A stretch of DNA of 64,000 bases from an uncultured Spirochaetales bacterium (GCA_949283235.1 CASDRY010000143.1:3401-67400); one strand, 5' to 3'; positions 17,974 to 27,502 are shown, counted from the first letter of the stretch. Notes: generated by a model not told the origin, from the sequence alone. Made by a program: numbers and translations.

Positions 17974-18843
17974 ATGGATATAGAGAAATGGAAAGTCCTC
18001 ATTTCTGCACTCGACTGCGGAACGCTGGCAGCAGCGGCTGAATGTACCAATTACACAACTTCGGGCGTGAGCAGAATCATCGCGGGACTGGAAGCAGATA
18101 CAGGATTCAGGCTCCTTACAAGAGGCAGGAAAGGAGTAAAACCCACAAAGGAATGCCTCATACTTCTAAATGAAGTCAGGGAGCTTATTGCTTCAGAAGA
18201 GGCTCTTGAACAGAAAATAGCAAGAATAAAGGGACTGGATACCGGCACGCTTACAATCGGGACAGCTTACAGCTCCTCCTACTCTCTCCTCTCCGGGATA
18301 GTTGCCAGATTCGTCAAGGAATACCCTAGCATAAAAGTAAGCATAGTATGGGGTTATGCTTCCCAGTTAAGGGAAGAGCTAGATACAAAAGTGATAGACA
18401 TCGCCATGACTCGAAAAGCAGATGGGGAGGAGAAATTCCTTTGGCTTCCAATATACAGGACAAGACTCGTAGCCCTTGTTCCTAAAAGTCATAGCTCTGC
18501 GGATAAGAAAGAATTCCCTATCGAGAATTTCGTGAAGTATCCATATATCGAGATAAATCCAACCTATGAAAGTGATTCAAACAAACTGCTGCGAGATGCG
18601 GGAATACGCCCCAATACAAGGTACACCACATCGGACAGCATCGCGGCACTCGCACTTGTCAAAGCAGGACTTGGGACAACAATGCTGATAGAAACACAGG
18701 TTCCAGCAGAGCATCCGGGAATCAGGATCTTGCCCCTGACTCCGGAACAGGACTTTGAGATAGGACTCTATTACCTGAAACGCCCTTCTCTGACAACAAG
18801 TCGATTCCTCTCTTTCATCGGCAGAGATGAATCTCTGAAATAA
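17974..18843 (+). CDS. LysR-family transcriptional regulator
   Basis: N-terminal wHTH (LDCGTLAAAAECTNYTTSGVSRIIAGLE) plus a substrate-binding domain of about 200 aa. Divergent from the permease operon. Confidence 0.85.
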   Translation: MDIEKWKVLISALDCGTLAAAAECTNYTTSGVSRIIAGLEADTGFRLLTRGRKGVKPTKECLILLNEVRELIASEEALEQKIARIKGLDTGTLTIGTAYSSSYSLLSGIVARFVKEYPSIKVSIVWGYASQLREELDTKVIDIAMTRKADGEEKFLWLPIYRTRLVALVPKSHSSADKKEFPIENFVKYPYIEINPTYESDSNKLLRDAGIRPNTRYTTSDSIAALALVKAGLGTTMLIETQVPAEHPGIRILPLTPEQDFEIGLYYLKRPSLTTSRFLSFIGRDESLK

Positions 18844-18859
18844 CATTAGTAAGGAATAC

Positions 18860-18877
18860 AGCATCCTTCCTGATGCT
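18860..18877 (+). terminator. weak hairpin after the LysR gene
   Basis: AGCATC-cttcct-GATGCT followed by ATTATT. The stem is only 6 bp. Confidence 0.3.
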
Positions 18878-18878
18878 A

Positions 18879-21743
18879 TTATTGCGGCAGACTCTCAACC
18901 TCCCAATCATATTCAGATGCTTCAGTTGCTTTTCTATCAGTTATGGCAGCAACTGAGAACTCTCCTTTCCTGAGTTCCTCCGAGAATTTCCTGCCACCTT
19001 CTGCGACATCTTCCTTTGTCAGAGAAAGAACTTCATTCTGCTTCCTTTCCCTATCCTTGTCGCTGATTCTGTACAGCATCCTCCTGATATCCACAAGTGA
19101 CCTGACAGCAGGAGCCATTGGGCGGAGATCTCTTGCCAGCACCCCTATGACAGCATCTTCAAGCTTACCGTCTGTTATCTCAGCATTATCGATAGCGGAA
19201 AGGAAATCCTTTATACTGCCATCAAGCCTTGGATCACGATAGGTATAGAAAGTGAAAATCCTTTCAATATGATCAAGATACGCACCTGTTCCATACGCTC
19301 CACCCTTCTCTCTAATAAGCGACCAGAGTGAATTCTGAGAAAGAATTGAGAGGAATATTCTTATACTTGAAGAAAGCGGGTTATCAATACCGGGGGCAGA
19401 GCCTGAAATACCGATAAAGGAAACTGAAGAAGAGAGAGTCCTTGCAACAAACTGAGGCTTTGATGGAACGCTATGAAGTGTTTTTCCGAGCGCACCGCCC
19501 TTAGAAATCCTATTTATGAAGGAAGAAGCCACTTCCACAGCCCTGTCGATTAGATCGCTGTCTGTAGTGACATGAATCATCATTCTTTCCCTTCCAAACA
19601 TTTTGTCCCTTATAGCGACAAGGTCTTTTCCAAGCTCTGCAAGATCCGAAGAGAGCATCTCCTGTATGATATACCAGCAGCTTATTCCTGAAAGCCTCTC
19701 ACCTATATAGAGCGATGGCGAGAGCGAAGAGGAAGCTAGGGATGATGCATATGTATGCCCGCTCTGGACAACCGAGCTTGAGAAATCTGTCGAGATATCT
19801 GTAAGAGCGGCTTTGATCCTGGTCTCATCTGTAATGACTCCTTCAAAGAGAACCTTCATGAAAAGATCCAGCCCTTCCCACTGCAGTTCAGGAAGGGACT
19901 TAAGACGGCAGACGAAGAATACTTTCTCCTTCCCATCCGTAGTCGATCCTGATTCCACATAGAATGCATAACCACCTGAAACAAAGCGAAGAGCCGTATT
20001 CACATCAGCATAATTCATCCCTGCCGCATCACACATCGAATAGAGACGAGCGAGGACATTTGCCTTATCCAGTTCCTCATAGGTGAAATCCGAGATATCG
20101 AAAACAAGATCTGTATATACAATACCCCCAGAAGCCATGGGAGCTGCTATCACACCATTTCTATCAATATGGAAGATCCTGTCAAATGCACGGGGAAGAT
20201 CATCCCTGGTAAGCCGCGGTATCGTGGCTATAGCCTCTGGAGTATCAGAAGTTATCTGGAAGCGCTTGAAAGCCTCCTCTTTAGCAGCTGAATACTCCCC
20301 TTTCCTCTCTTCAAGTGCCTTGGCAATTGTTTCCTCGATTTCCTTTCCATGAGAACTATCCTTCTTAACAATGGTAAGAAGGCGATGAGGATTATTCACG
20401 AGATTCTTCATAATCCAGTCCTCGAAGAATCTTGGATTAGCTCTCCAAGCTGCTCTTATATTCTCAATCTGCTCAGATGGAGAGAGAAAAGCTGATGGAT
20501 CTTTGCCGAATGTAAGGCCTTTTTCCGCCTGAAAGAAGAGTCTCATGCCCTGAGGAATACCTCCAGGTATCTCTTTCAGGGAGAATTCCATTCGTCTGAT
20601 AGCCGCTTCGATAGCTTTTCTATCGAGTCCATTCTCAGCAATGGATTTCAATGCGGATAGGATAAAAGCTTCTATTTTATCCGCATTCTCAGGATCAGAG
20701 CCTGAGAATCCCGCACTGAAAGCAAGATTCCTGTAGCTTGAACTCATACCGCTCTCTGTGGAGAGGTCCTTTCCAAGCTCTGATTCCGCTATAGCTTTAT
20801 ACAATGGGCATCCAGGTGAACCGAGGAGTATATCCACGATAAGGGAAAGAAGATTGCTTTCCCCTGGCTCCGCATTATCTCCTAAAAGCCATGAGACCAT
20901 AACAGAAGCATCGCCTTCCCCTTCCTCTGCAGAGGAGACTGTCTCATAGCGTCTAGGCTCATTCCAGCGTTCTGCAAGTCCGATTCTCTCGAGTTTCTCT
21001 CCAGGGCTCCTTGTAAGGTATTCCCTATCAAGAAGTCTTAGCCTTGCTTCCAGATCCATATCCCCGTAAAGGAAAAGGGTGAGATTTGCAGGGGCATAAT
21101 ACTTTTTATATGCTTCAAGGTACTCCTCATATGTTAGACGGCAGATATCCCTTGCATCCCCTCCCGATTCATATTGATAAGGAGAATTCCCGAAAAGCGG
21201 CTTAACTGAAGCAGATGATAGAACATACTCATGCTCAGCCATCTCTCCAAGCATTTCAGAGAAGACAACGCCTTCGAAATGAAGGCCGCCATCGGAGGCT
21301 ATCCTTATTCCTTCCTGCATGAAAGTCTCCTCTCTCAGAAGGGGCTGGAAGACAGCATCTGTATAGACTGAGAAGAGGTTATCGAAATCCTTCTCAACTG
21401 TAGATGCTGCAGGGAAGTAGGTTCTGTCCACACCTGTAAGCGCATTCAGGAATGTATTGCAGCTGTTTCTTACAAGCAGCATGAAAGGATCTTTAACAGG
21501 ATACTTCTTGCTTCCTGACAGCACTGTATGCTCGATGATATGGGGAATACCCTTGCTGTTCATCGGAGGGGTATAAGCTGTATAGGAGAAGAATTTCTCC
21601 TTGTCCTCAGTATCGACATAGTAAACCATGAATCCAGTCCTCAGATGAGAGAAAAGGATTCCTTTTGCTCTATAATCAGGTAGATCCGAGATGGAGAGAA
21701 TACGGAAGTTCTCAATCACATCTCCTTCTTTGAAATCATGCAT
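18879..21743 (-). CDS. M16-family (insulinase/PreP-like, M16C) zinc metalloprotease
   Basis: Inverted zincin motif HIIEH followed by ...E, with a length of about 950 aa typical of PreP-like enzymes. Start set at the ATG at 21743 (MHDFKEGD...) so that it does not overlap nfo. Confidence 0.8.
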   Translation of the reverse strand: MHDFKEGDVIENFRILSISDLPDYRAKGILFSHLRTGFMVYYVDTEDKEKFFSYTAYTPPMNSKGIPHIIEHTVLSGSKKYPVKDPFMLLVRNSCNTFLNALTGVDRTYFPAASTVEKDFDNLFSVYTDAVFQPLLREETFMQEGIRIASDGGLHFEGVVFSEMLGEMAEHEYVLSSASVKPLFGNSPYQYESGGDARDICRLTYEEYLEAYKKYYAPANLTLFLYGDMDLEARLRLLDREYLTRSPGEKLERIGLAERWNEPRRYETVSSAEEGEGDASVMVSWLLGDNAEPGESNLLSLIVDILLGSPGCPLYKAIAESELGKDLSTESGMSSSYRNLAFSAGFSGSDPENADKIEAFILSALKSIAENGLDRKAIEAAIRRMEFSLKEIPGGIPQGMRLFFQAEKGLTFGKDPSAFLSPSEQIENIRAAWRANPRFFEDWIMKNLVNNPHRLLTIVKKDSSHGKEIEETIAKALEERKGEYSAAKEEAFKRFQITSDTPEAIATIPRLTRDDLPRAFDRIFHIDRNGVIAAPMASGGIVYTDLVFDISDFTYEELDKANVLARLYSMCDAAGMNYADVNTALRFVSGGYAFYVESGSTTDGKEKVFFVCRLKSLPELQWEGLDLFMKVLFEGVITDETRIKAALTDISTDFSSSVVQSGHTYASSLASSSLSPSLYIGERLSGISCWYIIQEMLSSDLAELGKDLVAIRDKMFGRERMMIHVTTDSDLIDRAVEVASSFINRISKGGALGKTLHSVPSKPQFVARTLSSSVSFIGISGSAPGIDNPLSSSIRIFLSILSQNSLWSLIREKGGAYGTGAYLDHIERIFTFYTYRDPRLDGSIKDFLSAIDNAEITDGKLEDAVIGVLARDLRPMAPAVRSLVDIRRMLYRISDKDRERKQNEVLSLTKEDVAEGGRKFSEELRKGEFSVAAITDRKATEASEYDWEVESLPQ

Positions 21744-21821
21744 GAGAAGAAGATAAACGAGAGTGTAGATATTCTCAATAGCTAGGTTGACACCAAGCTG
21801 TCTTACACTTACCCTCTCTCC

Positions 21822-22655
21822 ATGCGTTTTGTTGGTCCACATGTATCGATAAGAGAGAACATAGCGTTCTCCGTAACAAGGGCAAAAGAGCTCGGGGCAA
21901 CTGGTTTCGCCCTTTTCACGAAGAACCAGAGAGTATGGTCAGCACCAGGACTGAAAGATGAGGATGCCGCACTTTTCAAAAAGAATATGGATGAATGCGG
22001 CTACACAAATGATAGCGTACTTCCCCATGCGGGCTATCTCATCAACCCTGCAAGCCCAGACAAAGAGCTCTGGGAGAAATCGAGAAAGCTCTTCATTGAT
22101 GAAGCTTCACGCACAGTAAAGCTTGGGCTTAAATACCTCAACATTCATCCAGGAGCATATAAGGAAGGAAGCAAAGAGGAAGGAATCAGGCGCTGTGCTG
22201 CAATGCTGGATAGCGTTATAGAAGAAGTACCTTCCATCATGATAGCTGTAGAGAACACAGCAGGAGCGGGGACAATACTAGGCTCTGTATTTGAAGAGCT
22301 TGATGCAATCCTCTCTGCTGCGAACAAGAAGGACCAGATAGGCTTCACGCTTGATACGGCGCACCTCTTCGGATCTGGCTATGATGTAAAGAATGAGGCT
22401 GGAAAGATTCTTGATGAGTTTGTTTCAAGATTCGGAAAGGATAAGCTTTTCGGGATGCATCTCAATGACTCAAAGGTTCCGCTCTCCTCACATAAGGATA
22501 GACATGAATCAATAGGAAAAGGACTTATAGGGAAAGAAGCTTTTATCGAGATAATCCATCACAGCGCAACTGAAGGAATCCCTCTTATTCTTGAGACACC
22601 AGATGAAGAGAGATGGCGAGATGAGATAGCTTTCCTTCTCTCATCAGAGAACTGA
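21822..22655 (+). CDS. nfo: endonuclease IV (AP endonuclease)
   Basis: MRFVGPHVS..., FALFTKNQRVW, HAGYLINPASP, NTAG, HLNDSK...HESIG: collinear with E. coli Nfo. Confidence 0.9.
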   Translation: MRFVGPHVSIRENIAFSVTRAKELGATGFALFTKNQRVWSAPGLKDEDAALFKKNMDECGYTNDSVLPHAGYLINPASPDKELWEKSRKLFIDEASRTVKLGLKYLNIHPGAYKEGSKEEGIRRCAAMLDSVIEEVPSIMIAVENTAGAGTILGSVFEELDAILSAANKKDQIGFTLDTAHLFGSGYDVKNEAGKILDEFVSRFGKDKLFGMHLNDSKVPLSSHKDRHESIGKGLIGKEAFIEIIHHSATEGIPLILETPDEERWRDEIAFLLSSEN

Positions 22656-24008
22656 GAGGAACATCCCAGCTCCAGCGGAACCTGCCCTTTTCAGAGCAGT
22701 CTCCCCTGCTTCCTCTTCAGTGCTACCACCACCTATAACAATCAGATCTCTTACAAGGTAAGGCTCTTCTTCTCCATTCCTGTAGAAAGAAAGCCTTGCC
22801 TCAGCTCTAGCATATACCCTTCCAGCTCCGCTTTCCGAATCCACAATACCGACTCTGAGAAGGATGTAGTTATCGAGATTGGGGTAAAGAGACATGAGCG
22901 ATGAAATAACCTCGCTCTCCTCCTCTCCCTCGCCTGAAACAACACGATAGCCACTTGCAGATGAGGAAGCAAGGTATGATGCGAAAGCGTTATAAGCCGC
23001 TGTGATCTCAAGCTGCAGGCCATCCTCTCCATACTCAGCAACAGCTATTATGGTATCAGATGGAGATAGCTCCCCCTCATCTCTATAACGGTACTCAACT
23101 GTGCTTTCCTCCAGAAGGGAAAGAAGCGGATCTATAAAGCCCTCTGGCGCTTTTGAGGCTATCGAGGTAAGAAGCTCTGGAGGAATATAGGGAGAGAAAC
23201 GAAGCGCGCCGCTCCAAAGCATGTAAGGATTAGTACGGAAGAATTCAGCCATTCCATCTCTATCCGTTCTCATCACAACACTTGATTCAATTGGCTCCCC
23301 ATCCCCATTGACCATCATGTATCTGACTTCAACAAGTCCATCCACGATATAAGGGTGCATCAAGCCTTTCATACGTCTCATTCTCACAGAGACCTCAGTT
23401 CCCTTGCTTCCGTCTTCTATGCTTATACCGATGTTGCCAAGGTAACCCAATGCTCTATCAAGAAGGAGTTCAGGGGCATAGTCCGCATTATTCACATCTC
23501 CCGAAAGCGATAACTCCAGAGCCTGCAATATGGAAAGAAGCGTTGCCGTATCCTTGTTCTCCCTGTAGTTCTCCATTGCGCTCTCGAGAAGCTGTCCTAT
23601 CTTCTCCGTTCTTTCAATCGCCGCAGAATACTCCTCGCTTCTTGAGCTGTAATAAACATCCTCAGGCATCTCAAGCATTGCGTAGTATGTCACACCCTCA
23701 TTCACCGGAGCTGAATATGTATTGGTTATCCTGGCACTGAGAGAGGCTATTGAATCTGTTGAGAGAAGCTCCCTGTAATAGGGAGAAACAACATCATAAC
23801 CAAGCTCTGTTCCAAGCTTTTCAAGTATATTCATATATGCGGAGGCACGCGCTGAGCTATCATCTGTACCCGTTCCATTGCCTACAAAAGCTGCAGCTCC
23901 CGAAGGATGAGGAGTTGTCCTTGTCCATTCAGGTCCTTCGGTGGAAGTAAATGTCGAACAGGAGAAGAGAAGGATGATAAGAGCAAATGAAAGGAGTATC
24001 TTTCTCAA
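22644..24008 (-). CDS. lipoprotein with LPP20-like N-terminal module (envelope module gene 4)
   Basis: TTG start with AGGAGGTGA 4 nt upstream, in a TTGA overlap with the upstream gene. Lipobox LLFSC. The segment PEWTRTTP...FVGNGTG.DDSSARASAYMNILEKL resembles the LPP20 pattern by eye. Confidence 0.6.
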   Translation of the reverse strand: MRKILLSFALIILLFSCSTFTSTEGPEWTRTTPHPSGAAAFVGNGTGTDDSSARASAYMNILEKLGTELGYDVVSPYYRELLSTDSIASLSARITNTYSAPVNEGVTYYAMLEMPEDVYYSSRSEEYSAAIERTEKIGQLLESAMENYRENKDTATLLSILQALELSLSGDVNNADYAPELLLDRALGYLGNIGISIEDGSKGTEVSVRMRRMKGLMHPYIVDGLVEVRYMMVNGDGEPIESSVVMRTDRDGMAEFFRTNPYMLWSGALRFSPYIPPELLTSIASKAPEGFIDPLLSLLEESTVEYRYRDEGELSPSDTIIAVAEYGEDGLQLEITAAYNAFASYLASSSASGYRVVSGEGEEESEVISSLMSLYPNLDNYILLRVGIVDSESGAGRVYARAEARLSFYRNGEEEPYLVRDLIVIGGGSTEEEAGETALKRAGSAGAGMFLSVL

Positions 24009-25051
24009 AAATCACCTCCTAAACCAACGACAAGCATATGGGAGCCCTGAAGGTTCTGGTAACCAAGCCTCCAGAAGAAGGAAGGAAGGGCTCTGTGCTC
24101 ATAGAAAACGGAAAACACCGAGCGCCAGTCAAAGCCTTCTTTGCCCCCTCCGACAAGGATGGATACACTTCCCCCTATTCTTCCTTCCTCTATTAAAGTG
24201 AAGTCCACAGACGGAAAAACTCTTGAGAGGTTCATGTAAGCTTCTATACCCAAGCCCCCATAGAAATCACTTCTGCCCCCCGCATATCTATAAGCAAATG
24301 AGAGTATTGGCACAAATGGATAAATAAGATCAGTCCGTCCAAGCGAAATCATTCCCAGCAGTTCTGGCGAGGAGAAATCAAAACCTGTAGCTACAGTGCT
24401 GACCAGCTTCCACTCCCCTGCATTCTCAAGCCTCATTCCTGGATAAGGATGATTCAGATAGACTGGATCGAGAGTTATTGCTCCTGTGTAGTTATCTCCG
24501 ACTTCAAAGAGTCCTCTTGTAACTCCAAGGCTATCAATCGCTTTCAGCCGTGTTCCTCTCCTAAGGCTTTCATCTGAGAGAAGCGAATAGGAATTATCCA
24601 GGACATAATCAAGTTTCATTCCTGTATCGCTGTAAAGAGCCTCTTCGTAGAAAAGGATGCCGCGAATACTCTCTCCGAGAGACTCAAGCAGAGCCTCCCG
24701 CGCATCTCCATAGAACTCAACAAGAATCTCCTTCTCTGAAAAAGACAGAAGAAAGGAAGCTTCAGTGCTTCCACTCTCGAAGCTTTCCTCTGTGTAGGAG
24801 GTGGCGTTGAAATCTAAATCACCTCTGCCATATGTGCCCTCCCCGATAGCTTTTGAAAGCTCTCCAAGAACATCGTCTGGCAAAGTTCCATCGGAGACAA
24901 TATGAGAAGAGAAAAGTGATGAAAGAGAGATGAGAAGAAAAGATACAGCAAGCAGAGTTCTCCTCATCCTCTCTGATATATAATAAAGCCTTGGCTTTCT
25001 GATCAGCTTCATAAGAGAAATTATCCCACATTTACAAGCATTGGGGAACAT
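24005..25051 (-). CDS. secreted protein, possible outer-membrane beta-barrel (envelope module gene 3)
   Basis: Signal peptide MRRTLLAVSFLLISLSSLFS, so the true start may be the ATG at 24967. The C-terminal half is beta-rich with Gly/aromatic residues and ends ...MLVVGLGGDF (terminal Phe). Confidence 0.55.
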   Translation of the reverse strand: MFPNACKCGIISLMKLIRKPRLYYISERMRRTLLAVSFLLISLSSLFSSHIVSDGTLPDDVLGELSKAIGEGTYGRGDLDFNATSYTEESFESGSTEASFLLSFSEKEILVEFYGDAREALLESLGESIRGILFYEEALYSDTGMKLDYVLDNSYSLLSDESLRRGTRLKAIDSLGVTRGLFEVGDNYTGAITLDPVYLNHPYPGMRLENAGEWKLVSTVATGFDFSSPELLGMISLGRTDLIYPFVPILSFAYRYAGGRSDFYGGLGIEAYMNLSRVFPSVDFTLIEEGRIGGSVSILVGGGKEGFDWRSVFSVFYEHRALPSFFWRLGYQNLQGSHMLVVGLGGDF

Positions 25052-25057
25052 AGTGAA

Positions 25058-25903
25058 TCATTCTTTGAGATCATACTTCTCAAGAAGCGTCTTGGCATCA
25101 TCTGTTATACCGAAGATTGCGAAGATAACAAGGATTATCGAGGTAAGCACAGGCCCTCTGTTCAGTGATTGGCTTATGCTTATCACAGAAGATGCCAGTC
25201 CCCAATAGACCATAGGCTCTTTCGCAACATTCTCAAGCCAATCTGCGAAAGAATCATCAAAATCGATGTCGCTCTTGTAATGCTCGACAATAGCCATGAT
25301 CGATGCGGCAACAACTCCCGCAGCAATTGCAACAGCAGATGCAGCTGTAACCTTTCCCCAGAGCACTGCGGAAGGAACGAAGGAATACACAACAGCAGCT
25401 GTGAGAAGGACTGCGCTCTTTATAACAAGAGCGGTGAGATCATTATAGAACTCCTCCTGCTGATCAGGAGTAAGAACCCTCACATCATCACGCACAGCCG
25501 CAAAGAGTCTTTCCTCTGCTTCTGCTACACCTTCCTTGATCTTCTCTATTTCCTCTACTGGCGCCAGACCTTCAGCTGCCTTAAAGACTTCTTCAGCGGT
25601 AGTGAACTGAGAAGTCTCAAGCGTGAATTCAAGGTATTCCCTGCCGTTCTCCTCCTCCAGCGTTCTTGTTGCGATATCAAAGCCATCCTGCCCATCAAGA
25701 ATACCTCTTGTATTGAGATCCTCCTCGACAAAGCTTCGGATATCATCAAGATACAGGTTTATTGCCCTTCCAGATGCAGAGACAAGGGCAGATGATGAGA
25801 TCCTTCCAGGTCCTGACTGCGGAATCGAACACGATACAACGAGAAGCGCGACGATCAAAAGCATCGCAATGCTCTTATCAACGATAAGCTTTGCTCTATT
25901 CAT
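25058..25903 (-). CDS. lipoprotein-signal protein with C-terminal multi-TM region (envelope module gene 2)
   Basis: Strong SD (GGAGGA). Lipobox LLVVSC, then an acidic helical region of about 150 aa, then 3-4 hydrophobic helices. Confidence 0.6.
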   Translation of the reverse strand: MNRAKLIVDKSIAMLLIVALLVVSCSIPQSGPGRISSSALVSASGRAINLYLDDIRSFVEEDLNTRGILDGQDGFDIATRTLEEENGREYLEFTLETSQFTTAEEVFKAAEGLAPVEEIEKIKEGVAEAEERLFAAVRDDVRVLTPDQQEEFYNDLTALVIKSAVLLTAAVVYSFVPSAVLWGKVTAASAVAIAAGVVAASIMAIVEHYKSDIDFDDSFADWLENVAKEPMVYWGLASSVISISQSLNRGPVLTSIILVIFAIFGITDDAKTLLEKYDLKE

Positions 25904-25913
25904 AATATCCTCC

Positions 25914-26420
25914 TTATTGAATTTCCAAGCCAGCTATCAATGAAATCCTTATTTTCGAGTACTGCGGCACAGCTTCCCTCAAAACCCCGATCCTACCCTC
26001 CTCTGAGGAGAAGGCATCAAGGATGGAAATCCTTGGCTCGATGAAGAACCAAGGAAAAGAGAACGTCCAGCCCGCCATGATTTCCGAGAAGAGCATAAAC
26101 TTCTCTTCCGGAGCTTCAAGACCCCAGAATAATCCCATCCTCACCATAGAAGCGCCAATGTAGAAACCATGCCCTGCGAAGGGATATACAGAGACATTCA
26201 ATCCAGTTTCCGCAAAGTTCAGCTCATGAGAGAAGGAATGGGAAAATCTGAAGGGAATAGAGAGACGTATTCCATCCCAGGAATAAGATATTTCCGAATC
26301 CAATCTGAGAGATTTCAGAAATACCGAATCTATAGACCTTAAATCAGCTCCAAGCTGCCAAGAAGCATAGAGAGCGGAGGCTATAAGGAGAATATATGTG
26401 AATGAAATAAGCCGTCTCAT
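25914..26420 (-). CDS. small secreted beta-rich protein (envelope module gene 1)
   Basis: Signal peptide MRRLISFTYILLIASALYA. Alternating hydrophobic/aromatic pattern. 10 nt upstream of the next gene. Confidence 0.55.
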   Translation of the reverse strand: MRRLISFTYILLIASALYASWQLGADLRSIDSVFLKSLRLDSEISYSWDGIRLSIPFRFSHSFSHELNFAETGLNVSVYPFAGHGFYIGASMVRMGLFWGLEAPEEKFMLFSEIMAGWTFSFPWFFIEPRISILDAFSSEEGRIGVLREAVPQYSKIRISLIAGLEIQ

Positions 26421-26488
26421 ACCATAAAGGCTAAACGGCTTAAGGCACTAAGAGATGGGCAATAGTGGCCAAATTTATAAAGAGAATA

Positions 26489-26989
26489 TCATTCCTTATT
26501 CGGTTCTTCTTCTGGCCAACCTAATGCTTTTCTGAACTCTTTCTCATTTTTCTGAAACTCGCGCGATGTGAATAGAACTGGCTTGTTCTCCCCAGCTATC
26601 GAGAGAGAAAGCCCTGGATGATGATCATCAACCTTCTTCATCGTATAGCCCTCCACTGCAGAAGTGAAACATGACCAGGATGGTTTCACTCCTCCTTTTT
26701 CGCTCTTTCGTGAATAGAAGACTATTTCCGTACCAGTTACAGCCAGCGCTCCGCCAAGCAGCTCTGTTCCGTCTTTGACAATCATCGAGCAGCGCTGAAA
26801 AAAGAAAGCACCATCACCGCGCACTTTCTCTATCATCTTCCTTGTAACAACGGATGTAGTTACATAATAAATGATGATCAACACTAAAAGAGGCAGTAGC
26901 AAAGGATAGATAACCATCTGTCTGAAAGCCGCATAATAAACAAAGACACCGAAGACTATAAGGAGGAGAAGAAGTATTACCCGTTTCAT
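26489..26989 (-). CDS. membrane protein with two TM helices and a PH/GRAM-like cytoplasmic domain
   Basis: MKRVILLLLLIVFGVFVYY... followed by a second TM helix, then a soluble domain of about 100 aa. The ATG at 26989 overlaps the upstream stop by 1 nt; the listed 26995 start is a TTG. Confidence 0.5.
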   Translation of the reverse strand: MKRVILLLLLIVFGVFVYYAAFRQMVIYPLLLPLLVLIIIYYVTTSVVTRKMIEKVRGDGAFFFQRCSMIVKDGTELLGGALAVTGTEIVFYSRKSEKGGVKPSWSCFTSAVEGYTMKKVDDHHPGLSLSIAGENKPVLFTSREFQKNEKEFRKALGWPEEEPNKE

Positions 26990-27402
26990 CAGCAAAGAAC
27001 CTCCAGCATTTCAGTCTCATCGGAAGATTCCATTATCCTTTCCCTGTTTGCAGGTATTGAGAGCGCACGAACAGAAGCGGAAAGAAAATCCAGATGACTT
27101 GCAGCAGCATCTCGAGGGATAAGGATAAGAAGGAAGATATTGACAATGTTTCCTCCCATCTCGATCCCTTTTCCGGATCTTCCAAGAACCGCATGAAGCT
27201 CTGTAATTCCATCGATACGAGCATGAGGAACAGCAATTGAGTTACCGATTGCGGTAGAGCCTTCTTTCTCTCTATTCATTATCGCAGTGAGAATAGATTC
27301 CTTATTCTCAAGAGATACAGAGTCTACAAGTTCCTTTATAGCACCCTTCCAATCATTGGCTTTTAGCTCAGGAATAACTGAAAACAGAACGCTTTTATTC
27401 AT
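26989..27402 (-). CDS. PTS EIIA type-2 (PtsN / EIIA-Ntr-like) domain protein
   Basis: 137 aa with the phosphorylatable-His motif GNSIAVPHARIDG. No other PTS genes are adjacent. Confidence 0.75.
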   Translation of the reverse strand: MNKSVLFSVIPELKANDWKGAIKELVDSVSLENKESILTAIMNREKEGSTAIGNSIAVPHARIDGITELHAVLGRSGKGIEMGGNIVNIFLLILIPRDAAASHLDFLSASVRALSIPANRERIMESSDETEMLEVLC

Positions 27403-27502
27403 ACCCAGATTCTATAGCAAGAAAAAATTTACTGGAAGATGCCAGAAAAAGCTGACCAAAATCGGGACTTACGGGGAATAAGATATAAAGGAGAAAACGA
27501 AA

